A stretch of 64,000 bases of DNA. Origin: a bacterium (GTDB lineage Bacteria; UBA8248; JACPRG01; G963555815). Position 1 is the stretch's first letter, and every line of letters starts with the position of its first letter. The stretch is from contig CBDHDG010000006.1 in the NCBI GenBank assembly GCA_965261595.1, positions 992,001 through 1,056,000 on the forward strand, given 5' to 3'. Made by a program: the position numbers and the translations under genes. Under the pieces are notes generated by a model. The model saw nothing but the letters and a program-made list of their open reading frames with translations. It made no database searches and was not told the DNA's origin. This document shows positions 51,400 to 62,787 of this stretch, one piece after another.

Positions 51400-52284
51400 T
51401 AAAGGTTTTGACACCAATTGGGTGAGTTGTTGGACCACCAGGGGAAAGGGATCTTGGTGGCGGTGATTGTAGCGGAATTCCATCTCCTTCAGGTAGAGGG
51501 GGAATCGCTCCTTGGACACGCCATGATGTTTGATGAGTCTCTGCTTGGCGTAGGCCCAAAAGCCTTCCAGGCCGTTGATGTGCACTTTGCCCCGACTGAA
51601 GCGCCGATCATGATCCACCCGCAGGTGGCGATAGCCGCAGAACATCAGGGCGTCATAGACGCTGGTAGCGGTCGGTGTAGACCACGCTGCCCCGACGGAC
51701 CCGCTTGAGGGTGGAGGCCAAGAGGGTCTGGGCCTTGACATTGCCGACCGCCTCCACCTTCACCCGGCCACCCCGCTCCAAGACACCGAAAACAGGGACT
51801 TTACCCGCTGCGCCTCGGCCTCTCTTCCCCTTGCCCCTGCCCCCGAAGTAGGCCTCGTCCGCCTCCACCTCCCCTCGAAGAAGCTCCTGTCCCCCCGGCG
51901 TTCCGGCCACAAGACTGCGCCTGAGCGTCGTCACAGCCCTGAGCGCCGTCGGATAGCTCACGGCGAGTTGCTGGGCCATCTTGCGGGCCGAGACCTCCAG
52001 CTCAAAGAGCTTCACCACCCAAAGCCACTGCCGGGCCGAGGGGCGAAGCTGGCCCAGCCAGCGGCCCGTGAACGGCCCGAAGGTGTACCGACACCCAGCG
52101 CAGCGAAAGCGCCCTTTCGTGCCCAGAACGTAGCATTTTCGACCCTCACAACGAGGGCAGATTTTACGCCCGTTTTTCTGACACGCCCTGAGCAGATGGC
52201 GTATCGCTGTAGCTTCCGATTTTACAAGGACTTCAAAGCTATTCAGGTCCACGACACCGGCCTAATCCGGTGTCATAGCTTTTA
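51400..52284 (-). mobile_element. IS1595 (ISXO2-like) element, transposase frameshifted near 51660
   Basis: Zn ribbon CPRC..CAGC, EADEAY, YTD, HINGLEGFW; inverted repeats TAAAGGTTTTGACACC / GGTGTCATAGCTTTTA. Confidence 0.85.
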
Positions 52285-52366
52285 CAATCCCCCAAAAGAA
52301 AAAATGGGTAGGGCGAGGGGAGAACGTTCGTCTGAGCCGAGTTATGGGCGTTGAAGGGGGGCAATC

Positions 52367-52540
52367 ATGGAGACATTCTGGATATGGGCGGGAACCGCGT
52401 GCGTGGCCGCCGTCTTAGGCGTATGGATAGCGCTATGGCGTGTCTATGGAAGGGCCTCACGGCTACGCATCTTGAGAATGATCCGAAAAAAGCGTCGGGA
52501 CTTAAAACCAGACTGGCTCAGCAGAACCAGGGACGGATGA
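52367..52540 (+). CDS. Small single-TM protein (57 aa, below the ORF-track cut-off)
   Basis: AAGGGGG RBS; METFWIWAGTACVAAVLGVWIALW followed by a basic tail. Confidence 0.4.
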   Translation: METFWIWAGTACVAAVLGVWIALWRVYGRASRLRILRMIRKKRRDLKPDWLSRTRDG

Positions 52541-52559
52541 TTATCTGTGAGCCACGCTT

Positions 52560-52967
52560 TCATAGCCGTGATCCGGCTAGCGCCTCAACGAGACGCTGAC
52601 TCGGATTTTCCGAGCTATAGTTTCCGTCCTCCTGCCATGACTTCGTGTGAAGCCAATTGGTGTGCTTCTCGACCAAGCGAACCAGCGCTTCATGCTCGAT
52701 CAGGTACCACTCCTGGCCCATCGGAAATGCCATATGGAGCGATTTTCCAACATACTTTTTTGAGAGTGTGAGTCGCGCTTTCAACTGCACTTTCAGCGTA
52801 CTTTTGCCATCTTTGTGATACGCGAGAAAGTTTGCTCCCTGCCAGTCGTCCGCGAGCTTGATGCAGTTGTATCCGTATTCGGAGAGTTTTCCCGCAATTT
52901 TGTGAAAATTGAAGACCTCCTTCTGCTTGGAGCCCAAATCGGTGTATTCGATCCTCCTGAGTTTCAT
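52560..52967 (-). CDS. Small PD-(D/E)XK-like nuclease-fold protein
   Basis: DDWQGANFLA..LKVQLK. Confidence 0.55.
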   Translation of the reverse strand: MKLRRIEYTDLGSKQKEVFNFHKIAGKLSEYGYNCIKLADDWQGANFLAYHKDGKSTLKVQLKARLTLSKKYVGKSLHMAFPMGQEWYLIEHEALVRLVEKHTNWLHTKSWQEDGNYSSENPSQRLVEALAGSRL

Positions 52968-52972
52968 GATGG

Positions 52973-54377
52973 TCCCCCGCTCTAGGGTTTTGTTGGACAC
53001 TCGATTGATCCATGATTCATGGAGAAAGGGGTGTCGCGATGAACGAACAAAAGCAAGAGGGGGCTTTGGCGGAGGGCGCCCGTAGGGCGAACGGAGCCAA
53101 GGCCCCAGGGCATCGCAGTGAGCGGGGTCGGTTCTCCTGCCAGCGCAAGCGGGAGGCGGTCCTGCGTCTTTTGCGGGGCGAGAGCCTGGAGACGCTCTGC
53201 CGCGAGTTGGGCACGACAGCGGCTCGGCTTTCCGCCTGGCGCGAGGCGTTCCTTCGCGGGGGCGAGGCGGCGCTCAAAGCCCGTCCGGCGGATGAGCGGG
53301 CCGAGGAGAACGCCCGGCTCAAGGCCAAGGTGGGCGAACTCACGATGGAGGGCGAGGTCCTGCGGGAGAAGATCGACCGCCTGGAGGCCGGCCGCCCTTT
53401 AGCCGGCAGGAGGTGGAGGCGATGAGTCAGGCCCGCTTCACCTCCACGGGCAGAGCCTACGGCCTGAAGCGGGTGTGCGCCCTTTGGGGCTTGGCGCGCT
53501 CCACGGTCTACGCGCAACGGCGGCGAGAGGCGGTCCCCGTTCATGAACGCCCCACGCCCAATAAGCGCGGCCCTGTGGGCCCGTGCACCGATGCGGAACT
53601 CCTCGGCCACATCCGGCAGGTCCTGGAGGACTCTCCCTTCCATGGCGAGGGCTACCGCAAGGTGTGGGCGAGGCTGCGCTTCGCGGGCATCCGCACCAGC
53701 AAGGAGCGGGTGCGTCGCCTGATGCGGGAGGCGGGGCTTCAGGCCCCCCACCGGGTGGGCAAACCCCGAGGTCCCAAGGCCCACAACGGGACCATCCGCA
53801 CCGAGCGGCCCGACCGAATGTGGGGCACGGACATGACGACGACGGTGACCACCGAGGAGGGGATGGCCTCGGTGTTCGTGGCGGTGGATCACTGCTCGGT
53901 GGACTGCGTGGGGATCCATGCGGCCAAGAGCGGCAACCGCTTCGAGGCCCTGGAGCCGATCCGGCAGGGGGTCGCCGAGCGCTTCGCCGGCTTGGAGGCG
54001 GACGTCGCCGAGGGGCTTAAAGTTCGTCACGACCACGGCCCCGCCTATCTGTCCGATGACTTTCAGCGGGAGATCGCCTACCTGGGCATGACCAGTTCGC
54101 CCAGCTTCGTGCGGGCGCCCGAGGGAAATGGCTACTGTGAGTGGTTCATCCGCACCTTGAAGGAGAATCTCCTGTGGGTGCGCTCTTTCGCCACCGTAGA
54201 GGAACTGCGGTGGGCGCTGCTTGAGTTCAAGAACCTGTACAACCATCATTGGATTCTCGAGGGCTACGGCTACCGAACGCCGGCCCAGGCAAGGCAGGAA
54301 AAACTCGCTCAAGTTGCGGAGGCCGCATGAGGTCGAATACCCTCACCCGAGTGTCCAATAACCCAGGGGGTGGTCCA
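52973..54377 (+). mobile_element. IS3-family element copy 4, TSD ATGG
   Basis: Near-identical copy; ATGG at 52969-72 and 54378-81. Confidence 0.93.
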
Positions 54378-54847
54378 ATGGGGTGTCCGCGTCTGTGGGC
54401 CTGGACCCGTCATTCCGCCCTGCGCGCCCCTCTGAAGGTCTTTTCTCTGTGCAGTCGGCCGCTATCAAAACCTTTACGACTTTCGATTTCGGGTCATTCA
54501 TGCCAATTCGATATCCAACCACCCTTGCCGCGTGATGGCATTCCTTCCTCGTCTCGAACTGGGCATTACCAGGTGGATAGTTAAACTCACAGGCAGGGTG
54601 CGTGAACACGGCCTATCCCTCCCTCTCGATTTCAGGACAAATACCAGGCAACTCCACAACGAGCGAATGCGAACCATAGGACTTTCCGTTGATTTCCCGC
54701 CCTGCGCGCGCCCCTGAAGAACTTTGGAAAACCTCAAAAGCCTCAATTTCTCAAAGGCGAGAGGCGAAAGCCGAGAGGCAAAAGTCAAAGGCGAAAGATT
54801 GAGGCGAAATCCCTGCGTCAGATATGGCTGGCCGCAGGTGGATCATC

Positions 54848-55400
54848 TTATGTTGGTTCATTTAACTTTTTGAGAATTTGAGAAATTCGGGCCGGCGTCA
54901 AGTCGAACGTTCGGGCGATCTTGATTTGCTTCATCCCGGCGTCTTTTGCGTCAAGTATTGCCAGGTTGCGCGGATGGTTTTTTTCCATTCGCACCTTGCC
55001 GCTGATTCTCCCCCGCGCCGCCTGCTTCCGAATCCACCCTTTTTTATGGAATCCCCTCGCCTCCCATTTCCGGCGATATATGGCCACTTTCTTAGCGGTC
55101 GCCCTTACCTCGCTTGTGTGAAGCGGAAATTGAAATGTGGCGTTAATCCATTGGGCTTCTACGAGAACGCTTTCGGCTTGATTGTCTTTTCGTCCGGCCC
55201 ATCTCATAAGGCCGGCGAACAGATCGCAGTTTCGGCCCACTCCCCCGGGTTTGGCCGTCGCTGTTTTCCAATTCGGCGGAAGCGCTGCGGAGACCGCCTC
55301 ATCAAGTTCCGACAATTCCCAGGGATGTTGACGTAACCACAAAACTTGAGTTCGCCATTGCGGTTTTGTGAGCGGATTCCTCGCCAATGCCCCGGAAATA
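54848..55400 (-). pseudogene. C-terminal half of a ColE2/pAL5000-type plasmid replicase (PriCT-1 plus HTH)
   Basis: RNPL..W, GRNCDLF..LMRWA, N..F..PL..SEV.ATAK, RQAARG, terminal HTH. Confidence 0.7.
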
Positions 55401-55610
55401 AAGCGCTTTTATATCCTCTTTTACGACTCCGTTCCACACGATACGTTTGCCGCTCCGGCGAGTCAGTCCCGCGTACTTCTCGACCCCCATGGCCTCCAGG
55501 CGCTTCGCCATTGCCATGGCATAACAATGGGTGCAACCGGTTGTCAGAACGGAGCATCCTGCCACGGGATTCCAGGTTGCATCCGTCCACTCTATCCGGG
55601 TCTCCGACAT
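55401..55610 (-). pseudogene. N-terminal fragment of DUF5131 (phage Gp37/Gp68-like)
   Basis: TRIEWTDATWNPVAGC..GCTHCYA. Confidence 0.85.
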
Positions 55611-55664
55611 CTTATTCTCCTTGATGACTCGCCATAACGAACTGAACGCTGAGCACTCGCTTTT

Positions 55665-55830
55665 TCATCGCGCCGCGTTTTGAAGCGGGTTGAACGTTTC
55701 GACGCCGATGAAGTCCCTCTCATTGTCGGTCACGACGATACATTCATTGGCTTCCGCGGTCGCCGCGATGCTCGTGTCGAGCGCGCTGCGGGAACGGCCT
55801 TGCGCCTTGCCTATCCGCCATAAGTCTTGC
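55665..55830 (-). pseudogene. C-terminal fragment of a PIN/VapC toxin
   Basis: D..IAATA..VVTDNERDF..NP. Confidence 0.7.
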
Positions 55831-56001
55831 CCAGACGAGACCGGCCTTCTCGTCGAAGGGGAGGACGCGACCGGCGAAAAGAGTCGATGGACTTTCAGGG
55901 CCCGCGAACCACGCTTCAAGTTGATCATGTTTGCGACCGGCACGCCACCTGCTCGCGTCGCAATCGGTTGGCCGGATAGGCCGATCATACGGCCGTCAGG
56001 T

Positions 56002-57552
56002 TCAGGCGATGGCATCAGCGAACACCTCGCGGTAAATCGTTTCAATCCGCGCGACCTCGTCATCGGTCAGCGCGGCAAATTCCTTTTCCTGGCCGCGCTG
56101 GGAAAGTCTACCGCCATTCTGGTGCAGGAATCGGAACAGAAGATCATACAGCCTCTCCGGCATATCGATCATCAGGTTCAGTTCCCTGCGAAATGCGTCG
56201 TACCGCTTCAGGAATGAGGCTTCTCCCGGCAGGTCGTGTTCGATGGTCTGCTGTACGCATCCATACAGAAATTCGGTGTGCGGCGTCGCATCGAAGAATC
56301 GGTAAAAATCGTCTGTATCATTCAACACCCGGACGTTGCCGCCATTCGTCGGCTCCCAGTCCACAACCGGCAGCAGTCGCCGTGAATAGTCTTCGAGCAC
56401 GAGGCGGTAGTCATCGATCCGTTCCAGAATGGCCGCTGATACAGGAAAGACGACGCCGGGCGGGTTGAAGCCCCGCTGGGCCAGGACATGGTGGACCAGA
56501 TAGCGGTGCAGCCGGCCGTTTCCGTCCTCGAAAGGGTGGATATAGACAAAGCCGAATGCGAGAACCGACGCCGCCACGACTGGATCGAGCTGTTGCGCGG
56601 CCTGCTGGTCGAAAGCGATCATGCCCTCTACGAGTCGGGTCAGATGTTCCGGTCTGGCGCTGATATGGCCTGGTATCGGCATGCCCGATTCGCGGTCTCG
56701 TTCGCCGACGAAACCGCCCTCGTTCCGCAGACCGAGATGGACGAACCGGGCATCGCCGATCACGATGCGCTGCAGGCGCAGCAGTTCGTCAAGACCGATC
56801 GGTTGTCGGCCGGCCTGGCCGATGGCGCGGCCCCACCGCTGGATGCGGTCCTGCGGCGGATATTCACCCTCAATGACGAAGCTGGATTTGGAATCTTTCA
56901 GCAACAGGAAGGCTGCCGTGCGCGCCAGGAGGTCGCGCGGGACTGCTGCAACGGCATCTTGTGCGCGCAGGTGCAACTCCATGGCGATGAAACGCTCCAG
57001 CGCCTCGGTGCGGAACACCAACGGACAGAAATCCGGCGTGCCTGGCAGGTTGTTCTTTACCCGGTGTCGTGACGATGTTTCCGAGCGAGCCGCATATTGC
57101 AGGTCCGGATCGACGATTTGCGCATAGGCTCCGCGATCGGAGTTCGGCAGATCGAGCCGCGTCCCGGTCAGCCATTCATAGAGGAACCAGATGCGTCTGG
57201 CGTAGGCGCCCGTCGGCCTGGTCTTGACGATGTTTTCGATGGGCGCGGGGCCGCTCGCGGCAAACAGGCGTTTGAGGACAGAGAGGTGAAGCCCCTCGTG
57301 CTTCAGCGCGAAGGTGAGATGGCCTTCAAGGCTCGCATTCGGTGTATAGCGAGGCGAATAGATGCGCCAGCCACCATCCTCGATGCGCCTGTGCCGCTCA
57401 CCCGTGGCGCTCAGAACACGAGGGAGCGGCACACGCAGACCATAGGTCCCGATAAGCGCGGCGTATCCGGCCGGGGTGGCTATCACTGGAAGCCGCCGTT
57501 CCTGAAAAACGGTAACCAGGCCTGAAAAACGATTCTGATCAGGGGCGTTCAT
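56002..57552 (-). CDS. Fic family protein
   Basis: HPFEDGNGRLHR Fic motif. Confidence 0.9.
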   Translation of the reverse strand: MNAPDQNRFSGLVTVFQERRLPVIATPAGYAALIGTYGLRVPLPRVLSATGERHRRIEDGGWRIYSPRYTPNASLEGHLTFALKHEGLHLSVLKRLFAASGPAPIENIVKTRPTGAYARRIWFLYEWLTGTRLDLPNSDRGAYAQIVDPDLQYAARSETSSRHRVKNNLPGTPDFCPLVFRTEALERFIAMELHLRAQDAVAAVPRDLLARTAAFLLLKDSKSSFVIEGEYPPQDRIQRWGRAIGQAGRQPIGLDELLRLQRIVIGDARFVHLGLRNEGGFVGERDRESGMPIPGHISARPEHLTRLVEGMIAFDQQAAQQLDPVVAASVLAFGFVYIHPFEDGNGRLHRYLVHHVLAQRGFNPPGVVFPVSAAILERIDDYRLVLEDYSRRLLPVVDWEPTNGGNVRVLNDTDDFYRFFDATPHTEFLYGCVQQTIEHDLPGEASFLKRYDAFRRELNLMIDMPERLYDLLFRFLHQNGGRLSQRGQEKEFAALTDDEVARIETIYREVFADAIA

Positions 57553-57880
57553 TTTAAAACTGTTTCCTATCCGGCGCAGGTCGGACTAGTCGTCCTGTCC
57601 ATGAAAAACGATACTTATCTATGAATATTGATAACATATACGGGATTAAATGAAAAACTATTATTTCTTGGGCCGGAATTACACGCAGTCCGCTCCAGGG
57701 CGACTGCCTGGCGAAGACGCGCGTCAACAAGGAGGTGTTGCTCCCCCATGACTATCCGGCGCGGCGAAGCAACTCCCCGACATCGATCCACCACTTACTG
57801 CATCATCCGGCTTGTTACACGGCCGAGCACCGGCGCGCCCGGCTGTCATCCGCGGTTCGCCGCTCAACACGCAAAGCCGC

Positions 57881-59158
57881 TCACGGACTGTTCTCTGCGC
57901 GAGGAGTGATGTCTTGCCCGACCGCGTGGGATCCTGTCCGGGCCTGTGCCGCGTATTGCCCGAAAGCATGCCTCCAGTCTTCGCCCAGAATGTCGGTCGC
58001 GATGCTGTCCGCGACCCGCACCGCCGCCTCGTGCACCGAATCACGCGCGAGATGCGCGTAGCGCGCCGTGGTCTCGACCTGCGTGTGGCCAAGGAGCTTT
58101 CCGATCATCGGGAGAGACTCGCCCAGCGCCAGGGGCCTGGACGCGTAGCTGTGCCTGCAGTCGTGGATACGCATGTCCGTGAGTCCCGCGCGCTCGCAGA
58201 CGATCTCCCAGGGGTCGTTCAGGTTGCGCATCGGCCTGCCCTTGACCTTGCCCGGAATGACGAACGGATTATCTTGAACGCGCGGGATAGCCGCCAGCAC
58301 CCCGGCGGCTTCCGGCGAGAGCGGGATCCTCCGCGGGCCGGTCTTGGTGTCAGGCAATCTGAGCTCGTTCGCCTCGAGGTCCACCTCGTCCCAGCGAAGC
58401 GAGAGGATCTCGTTCTTCCGGCATCCGGTCAGGAGAAGCAGGCGGATAGCCGCCACCGCGTGAACCGAAACCCCCTTGCAGGTCTCCGCCTCGTCCAGCA
58501 CCCGGCCGAGACGCCGGAACTCCTCCCCGGTCAGGAACCGGTCGCGGGCGCGCTCACGGTATTTGACCACCAGCCGGCACGGGTTGGCGGCCTCGGGGAT
58601 CAGCCCCCGGTCCCCGGCCGCGTTGTATATCCGCGAGAGCACGTCCACCACGCGGTTCGCCATGAACGGCGTCTCCCGGAGCTTGTGGTGCAACCCGCTC
58701 ACATGGGCGCGTTCGACCGCAAGCGCGGGCATTTTGCCGAGTGCGGGCAGGATGTGTTTCCGGACGGCCTGGCCGTACATCTCCGCCGTCTTCGGCTTGC
58801 ACCGCACCGCGACGTGTTCTTCGAGATACGCCCGGGCAAGCTCCGCCACCGTCGGTCCACCGGCCAGCCTGGCCGACATGGGTTCGGGGACCGGCTCCTC
58901 GCCCGCCTTGATCCGCGCGATGATAAGCGCCGCCCGCCTGCGCGCCTCCTCGGCCGTAACGACGCCGTGGCGTCCCACCGTCACCCGCTTCGCCGCCCGG
59001 CCGCCCGCGCGGGTCTGCACCACGTAGTACTTGCTCCCCGACGGATAGACCCGTACCCCGAAACCGCTCAGTTCGCTGTCCCAGAACACCGTGTCCTTCT
59101 CGACCTGAAGCGCCTCTACCGTGCGCCTCGAGATCGTCTTCGTCTCAAACCTCGCCAT
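57881..59158 (-). CDS. Tyrosine integrase B2 (DUF4102 plus integrase), paralog of B1
   Basis: TGCRKNE, TKTG, HDCRH, LGH, TTARY. Confidence 0.92.
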   Translation of the reverse strand: MARFETKTISRRTVEALQVEKDTVFWDSELSGFGVRVYPSGSKYYVVQTRAGGRAAKRVTVGRHGVVTAEEARRRAALIIARIKAGEEPVPEPMSARLAGGPTVAELARAYLEEHVAVRCKPKTAEMYGQAVRKHILPALGKMPALAVERAHVSGLHHKLRETPFMANRVVDVLSRIYNAAGDRGLIPEAANPCRLVVKYRERARDRFLTGEEFRRLGRVLDEAETCKGVSVHAVAAIRLLLLTGCRKNEILSLRWDEVDLEANELRLPDTKTGPRRIPLSPEAAGVLAAIPRVQDNPFVIPGKVKGRPMRNLNDPWEIVCERAGLTDMRIHDCRHSYASRPLALGESLPMIGKLLGHTQVETTARYAHLARDSVHEAAVRVADSIATDILGEDWRHAFGQYAAQARTGSHAVGQDITPRAENSP

Positions 59159-59170
59159 ACCCCTTCTCCC

Positions 59171-59251
59171 TTACGCGCCGCCGTTCAGAACGTCCGCCCC
59201 GATGCTGCCGCCGACCTTCGCGGCGGACGCCTTCTCCGTATCACGCGCGAG
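59171..59251 (-). pseudogene. C-terminal tail of upstream integrase A2
   Basis: LARDTEKASAAKVGGSIGADVLNGGA* aligns with the A1 tail LMRDAEKEAATRVGDSIGAHI. Confidence 0.75.
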
Positions 59252-60662
59252 TGGAGTTACCCCGTTTCAGTGGACAGTTTAGGGCTGTCGTCCCCAGCCC
59301 TGAGGTGGGCGACAGCCGGTGGACGTACAGTCTTCTCCCTATCCGATAGATAGGGTGCCCCCGGGGGGTATGTCTTGACCTTTGGCTCGCTGCTCCGGGA
59401 AGCACCGGGGACGGCTCGAGTCGGACGATGAGCGTTGCGCACTGCACGTGGCGTTTCCTTCGCCGCGGACCGTTCGAAGTCGTTGGGGCTGAGGTAACCC
59501 AGGGCCGAATGACGACGGCGTGGGTTGTACCAGCCTTCGATGAATTGGAAGATCGCCAGGCGCGCTTCGGCCTGGGTACGGAACGAGCGCCGGTCGATGA
59601 GCTCGCACTCCAGCGTGGCAAAGAAGCTCTCGGCCATGGCGTTGTCGAAGCAATCCCCGGCCGACCCGGTCGAGGGAACCACCCCCATCTCCCGGCACCG
59701 CCTGCCGAAGGCGAGCGAAGTGTACTGCGATCCCCTGTCGGAGTGATGCACGACCCCGTCGGGGCGGCGCTGTCCCAACGCCATGTTCAGCGCCCCGAGC
59801 ACCAGTTCGGTGCGAAGATGGTGGGTCATGGACCATCCCACCACCCGGCGGCTGAACACGTCGAGCACGATGGCCAGGTACACGAACCCCGTCCAGGTCG
59901 GCACGTAGGTCACGTCGGCCACCCAAAGCCGATCCGGCGCATCGGCCTGGAACTGGCGTTCGACCCGGTCCGGGACCACACAATGGCTCTGGTCCACGCG
60001 CGTAGTGCGCATGCCTCGGCGTCGGCTCACCCCGGCCAAGCCTGCCTCGCGCATCAGACGAGCCACCCGATTGCGGCTCACCCGGCAGCCGCCGGCCATC
60101 AGCTCGGCATGGACCCGAGGCGCCCCGTAGGTGCCACCAGATACCTCGTGGATGGCCCGGATCGTGCCCCGCAACGCCTCCTCGCGCTTCGCACGAAGAG
60201 AACGCCCACGGCTTCGCCACGCGTAGTATCCGCTGGGGGAGACACCCAGCCGACGGCACATCGTGGCCACCCGATGGCAGGCCTGATTCGCCTTCACGAG
60301 CTCGAAGACTTCGCCCGGACCGAGCCGGTCTCCCGAGCGAACCAAGCCGTAGCTTTTGCCAGTATCTCGCGTTCTTCGCGAAGCTGACGATTCTCCCGAC
60401 GAAGCCGCCGTAGCTCCTCGAGCTCTGAGCTTGTCAGACCGTCCTCACGACGGCCCTCGTCGCGGTCGGCCTGGCGCACCCAGTTGCGAATCGCCAAAGC
60501 GGAACACTCGAACTCCCGGGCCAGCTCCCCGGGCGTACGGCCCGAGCGAACCAACTCGACCATCTGGCGCCGGTACTCCGGCGCGTAGGGCGAATGAGTC
60601 TTTCGCATCTGAACACCTCCTGCGCACAGTCTGAAGGTGTCCACGAAAACGGGTCAACTCCA
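59252..60662 (-). mobile_element. IS3-family element (orfA 60294-60608, orfB to 59257), related to the element at 20705
   Basis: TGGAGTTAC../..GTCAACTCCA inverted repeats; WVADVTY, HHSDRG, DNAMAESFF; no TSD. Confidence 0.92.
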
Positions 60663-60825
60663 CCGATCCGTCCGGCCGCGCACCGTGCAGTTGAAAGCCT
60701 TGTTTCGCCAAATCAATGCCGATGATGTTCACTTGTTCCATGGACGCTTCCTCCTTCAGGGGTTGAACACGACACCACCTTGCCACAGCGTGATGCCGTC
60801 GGGAGGGGCGTCCACCCCATCGATA
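60663..60825 (-). pseudogene. Left end and first codons of an IS110/IS1111-type element
   Basis: MEQVNIIGIDLAKQGFQLHG; upstream ATGGGGTGGACGCCCC end motif. Confidence 0.75.
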
Positions 60826-61840
60826 CGGGTACCGCAGGATCACGGCGATGCTTCGCCTTAGAGGGGTGGAAGGTGAACCCCAAGCGCGTGGAAAGGCTTT
60901 GGAGACAGGAGGGGCTGAAGGTCCCGTCTAGACAGCCGAAACGAAGGAGACTGTGGCTCCATGACGGCTGTTGCGTACGCCTGAGACCGACTCATCGGAA
61001 CCATGTCTGGAGCTATGACTTCATGCATGAGCGCACCCAAGAAGGGAGGGCTTTCCGGCTGTTAACCATTTTGGATGAGCACAGCCTTTGAATGTTGTTC
61101 CATTGATGCCCCAAGGCAGATGAATCACCAGGATGTGCTGGAGCGGTTGGCAGAGCTGTTTGTGGGCCGGGGCGTCCCTGAATGCCTCCGGTCAGATAAC
61201 GGATCGGAGTTCACGGCCAGGGTGGTCAGGGACTGGCTCAAGGCGGTTGGCGTGAGGACGTTGTACATCGAGCCAGGGAGTCCCTGGGAGAACGGATATG
61301 TGGAGAGTTTCAATGGGAAGCTGAGGGATGAGCTCCTGGACGTGGAGGTGTTTGAGACGCTGAAGGAAGCCCGGGTGCTGGTGGAGAGGTGGAGGCGGGA
61401 GTACAACCAGCGACGGCCTCACAGCGCCTTGGCCTACCGGCCGCCTGCGCCAGAGGCCAGATTCCCAAGAACCCAAGCCCTGGCGCCGGTCCCCCGGGGT
61501 GGACTTCAAATGGTCCCGTGTCTAACGTAACAGGTGGTCTCGTTGGGGGGGGCAGGTCATCGAACCCGGTAGTCCCTGGGACAATGGGTATTGTGAGAGT
61601 TTCAATGGGAAGCTGAGAGACGAATGCCTGAATGGTGAGGTTTCTATTCGGGAGGAGGCCCAGATTGTGATTGAGCCATGGCGGGAGGAATATAACACCC
61701 GGAAACCCCACTCGGCGCTGAATGATAGGCCCCCGGCGCCGGAGGTCTGCACTCCATTCCTTCCCCCCAAACCGGTTTCACAGCCTCAGGCTGTCATGTA
61801 AACTCTCTCCCAAAAAGTGGTACAAAAACTCGTCTGGTCA
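60826..61840 (+). pseudogene. Two tandem IS3-family orfB 3' remnants
   Basis: WSYDF, RSDNGSEF, ENGYVESFNGKLRDE; right ends ..GGCAGGTCA (61559) and ..CTGGTCA (61840); second degenerate copy from about 61560. Confidence 0.8.
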
Positions 61841-62061
61841 GCCTGACGGAACGCTTACCGGAACAGTTACGGGGCATCCAGGGGGCGGCCGTCATTCGCA
61901 TCCATGTCACGCCGCAATAGTGCGCAAATCCGATTGCGAAATGCTTACGCAACTCTCTGAAGCGCAATCGGGTGCGCTGCGAAAAATAAAGCTAGCATTT
62001 TATTGTATAATGAAAATATCGGAGATACAACCGTAGGGCAGTTCATATATGTTCCACAAGA

Positions 62062-62115
62062 GTGGCCCTTGTGCAACGCGCGCATGACCTCGAAGCCCTT
62101 GATCGTCCCGTAGGC
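62062..62115 (-). pseudogene. Tiny IS6-family transposase scar
   Basis: AYGTIKGFEVMRALHKG resembles the IS6 C-terminal motif. Confidence 0.55.
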
Positions 62116-62124
62116 CAGAATCAT

Positions 62125-62787
62125 CTAGTCGTCCCCGGTGGCCCCAAACTCGGGGTGCAGGGGACCCACCAGCAGACCGTCCTCCTTATTGAAGAACATC
62201 CGTCGATTCGCCCGCTTGGCGAGCAGCCGGGGCCGGTCGATCACCGTGCTCTCGATCTGCACGATGACCGCGCCGATAAGCGCTACTACTAGGTTGGAAT
62301 CTCTGTCACTCGAGTTCCATACGACCCTCACGTCGCCGGTCCAGAGTGTCGTGCCCGAAGGGACGTCGACCAGCCGTCCCTTGACCGACACCACCGTCTT
62401 GGAATTCACCACTTGGTATTTCTGACCCCAGTCGACGATCGTGATGTACAGAACCGCATCCGCACCGATGATCTCGTCGATCTTGTTCAACGAGACGCCG
62501 TGCATCTCGCCGGCGGTCGGTAGCCCGTTGTCCTTCATGTATTCCTCAACGACCGACACCGGAAAAATGTAGTACCCGCGTTCGGCAACAGGCTTCGTGA
62601 CTGTGGTCAGGTAGGAGTAGGGTGCACTCACCTCCACCGATTCGTTGAGCGGCGGCAGCACGAGAATCGAACGCGGCATGTGTTCCCGGTAGGTGGAGTA
62701 GTCGTACGACGGCTCAGATACGGGTCCCGTGCACCCCATCACTCCCGACAGCAGGAACCCCGAGAAGAGGATGCGTTTCGAGCTCAC
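62125..62787 (-). CDS. DUF799/GNA1162-like lipoprotein
   Basis: VMGC lipobox; PRSILVLPPLNES, ERGYY.FPV, GADAVLY. Confidence 0.85.
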   Translation of the reverse strand: MSSKRILFSGFLLSGVMGCTGPVSEPSYDYSTYREHMPRSILVLPPLNESVEVSAPYSYLTTVTKPVAERGYYIFPVSVVEEYMKDNGLPTAGEMHGVSLNKIDEIIGADAVLYITIVDWGQKYQVVNSKTVVSVKGRLVDVPSGTTLWTGDVRVVWNSSDRDSNLVVALIGAVIVQIESTVIDRPRLLAKRANRRMFFNKEDGLLVGPLHPEFGATGDD

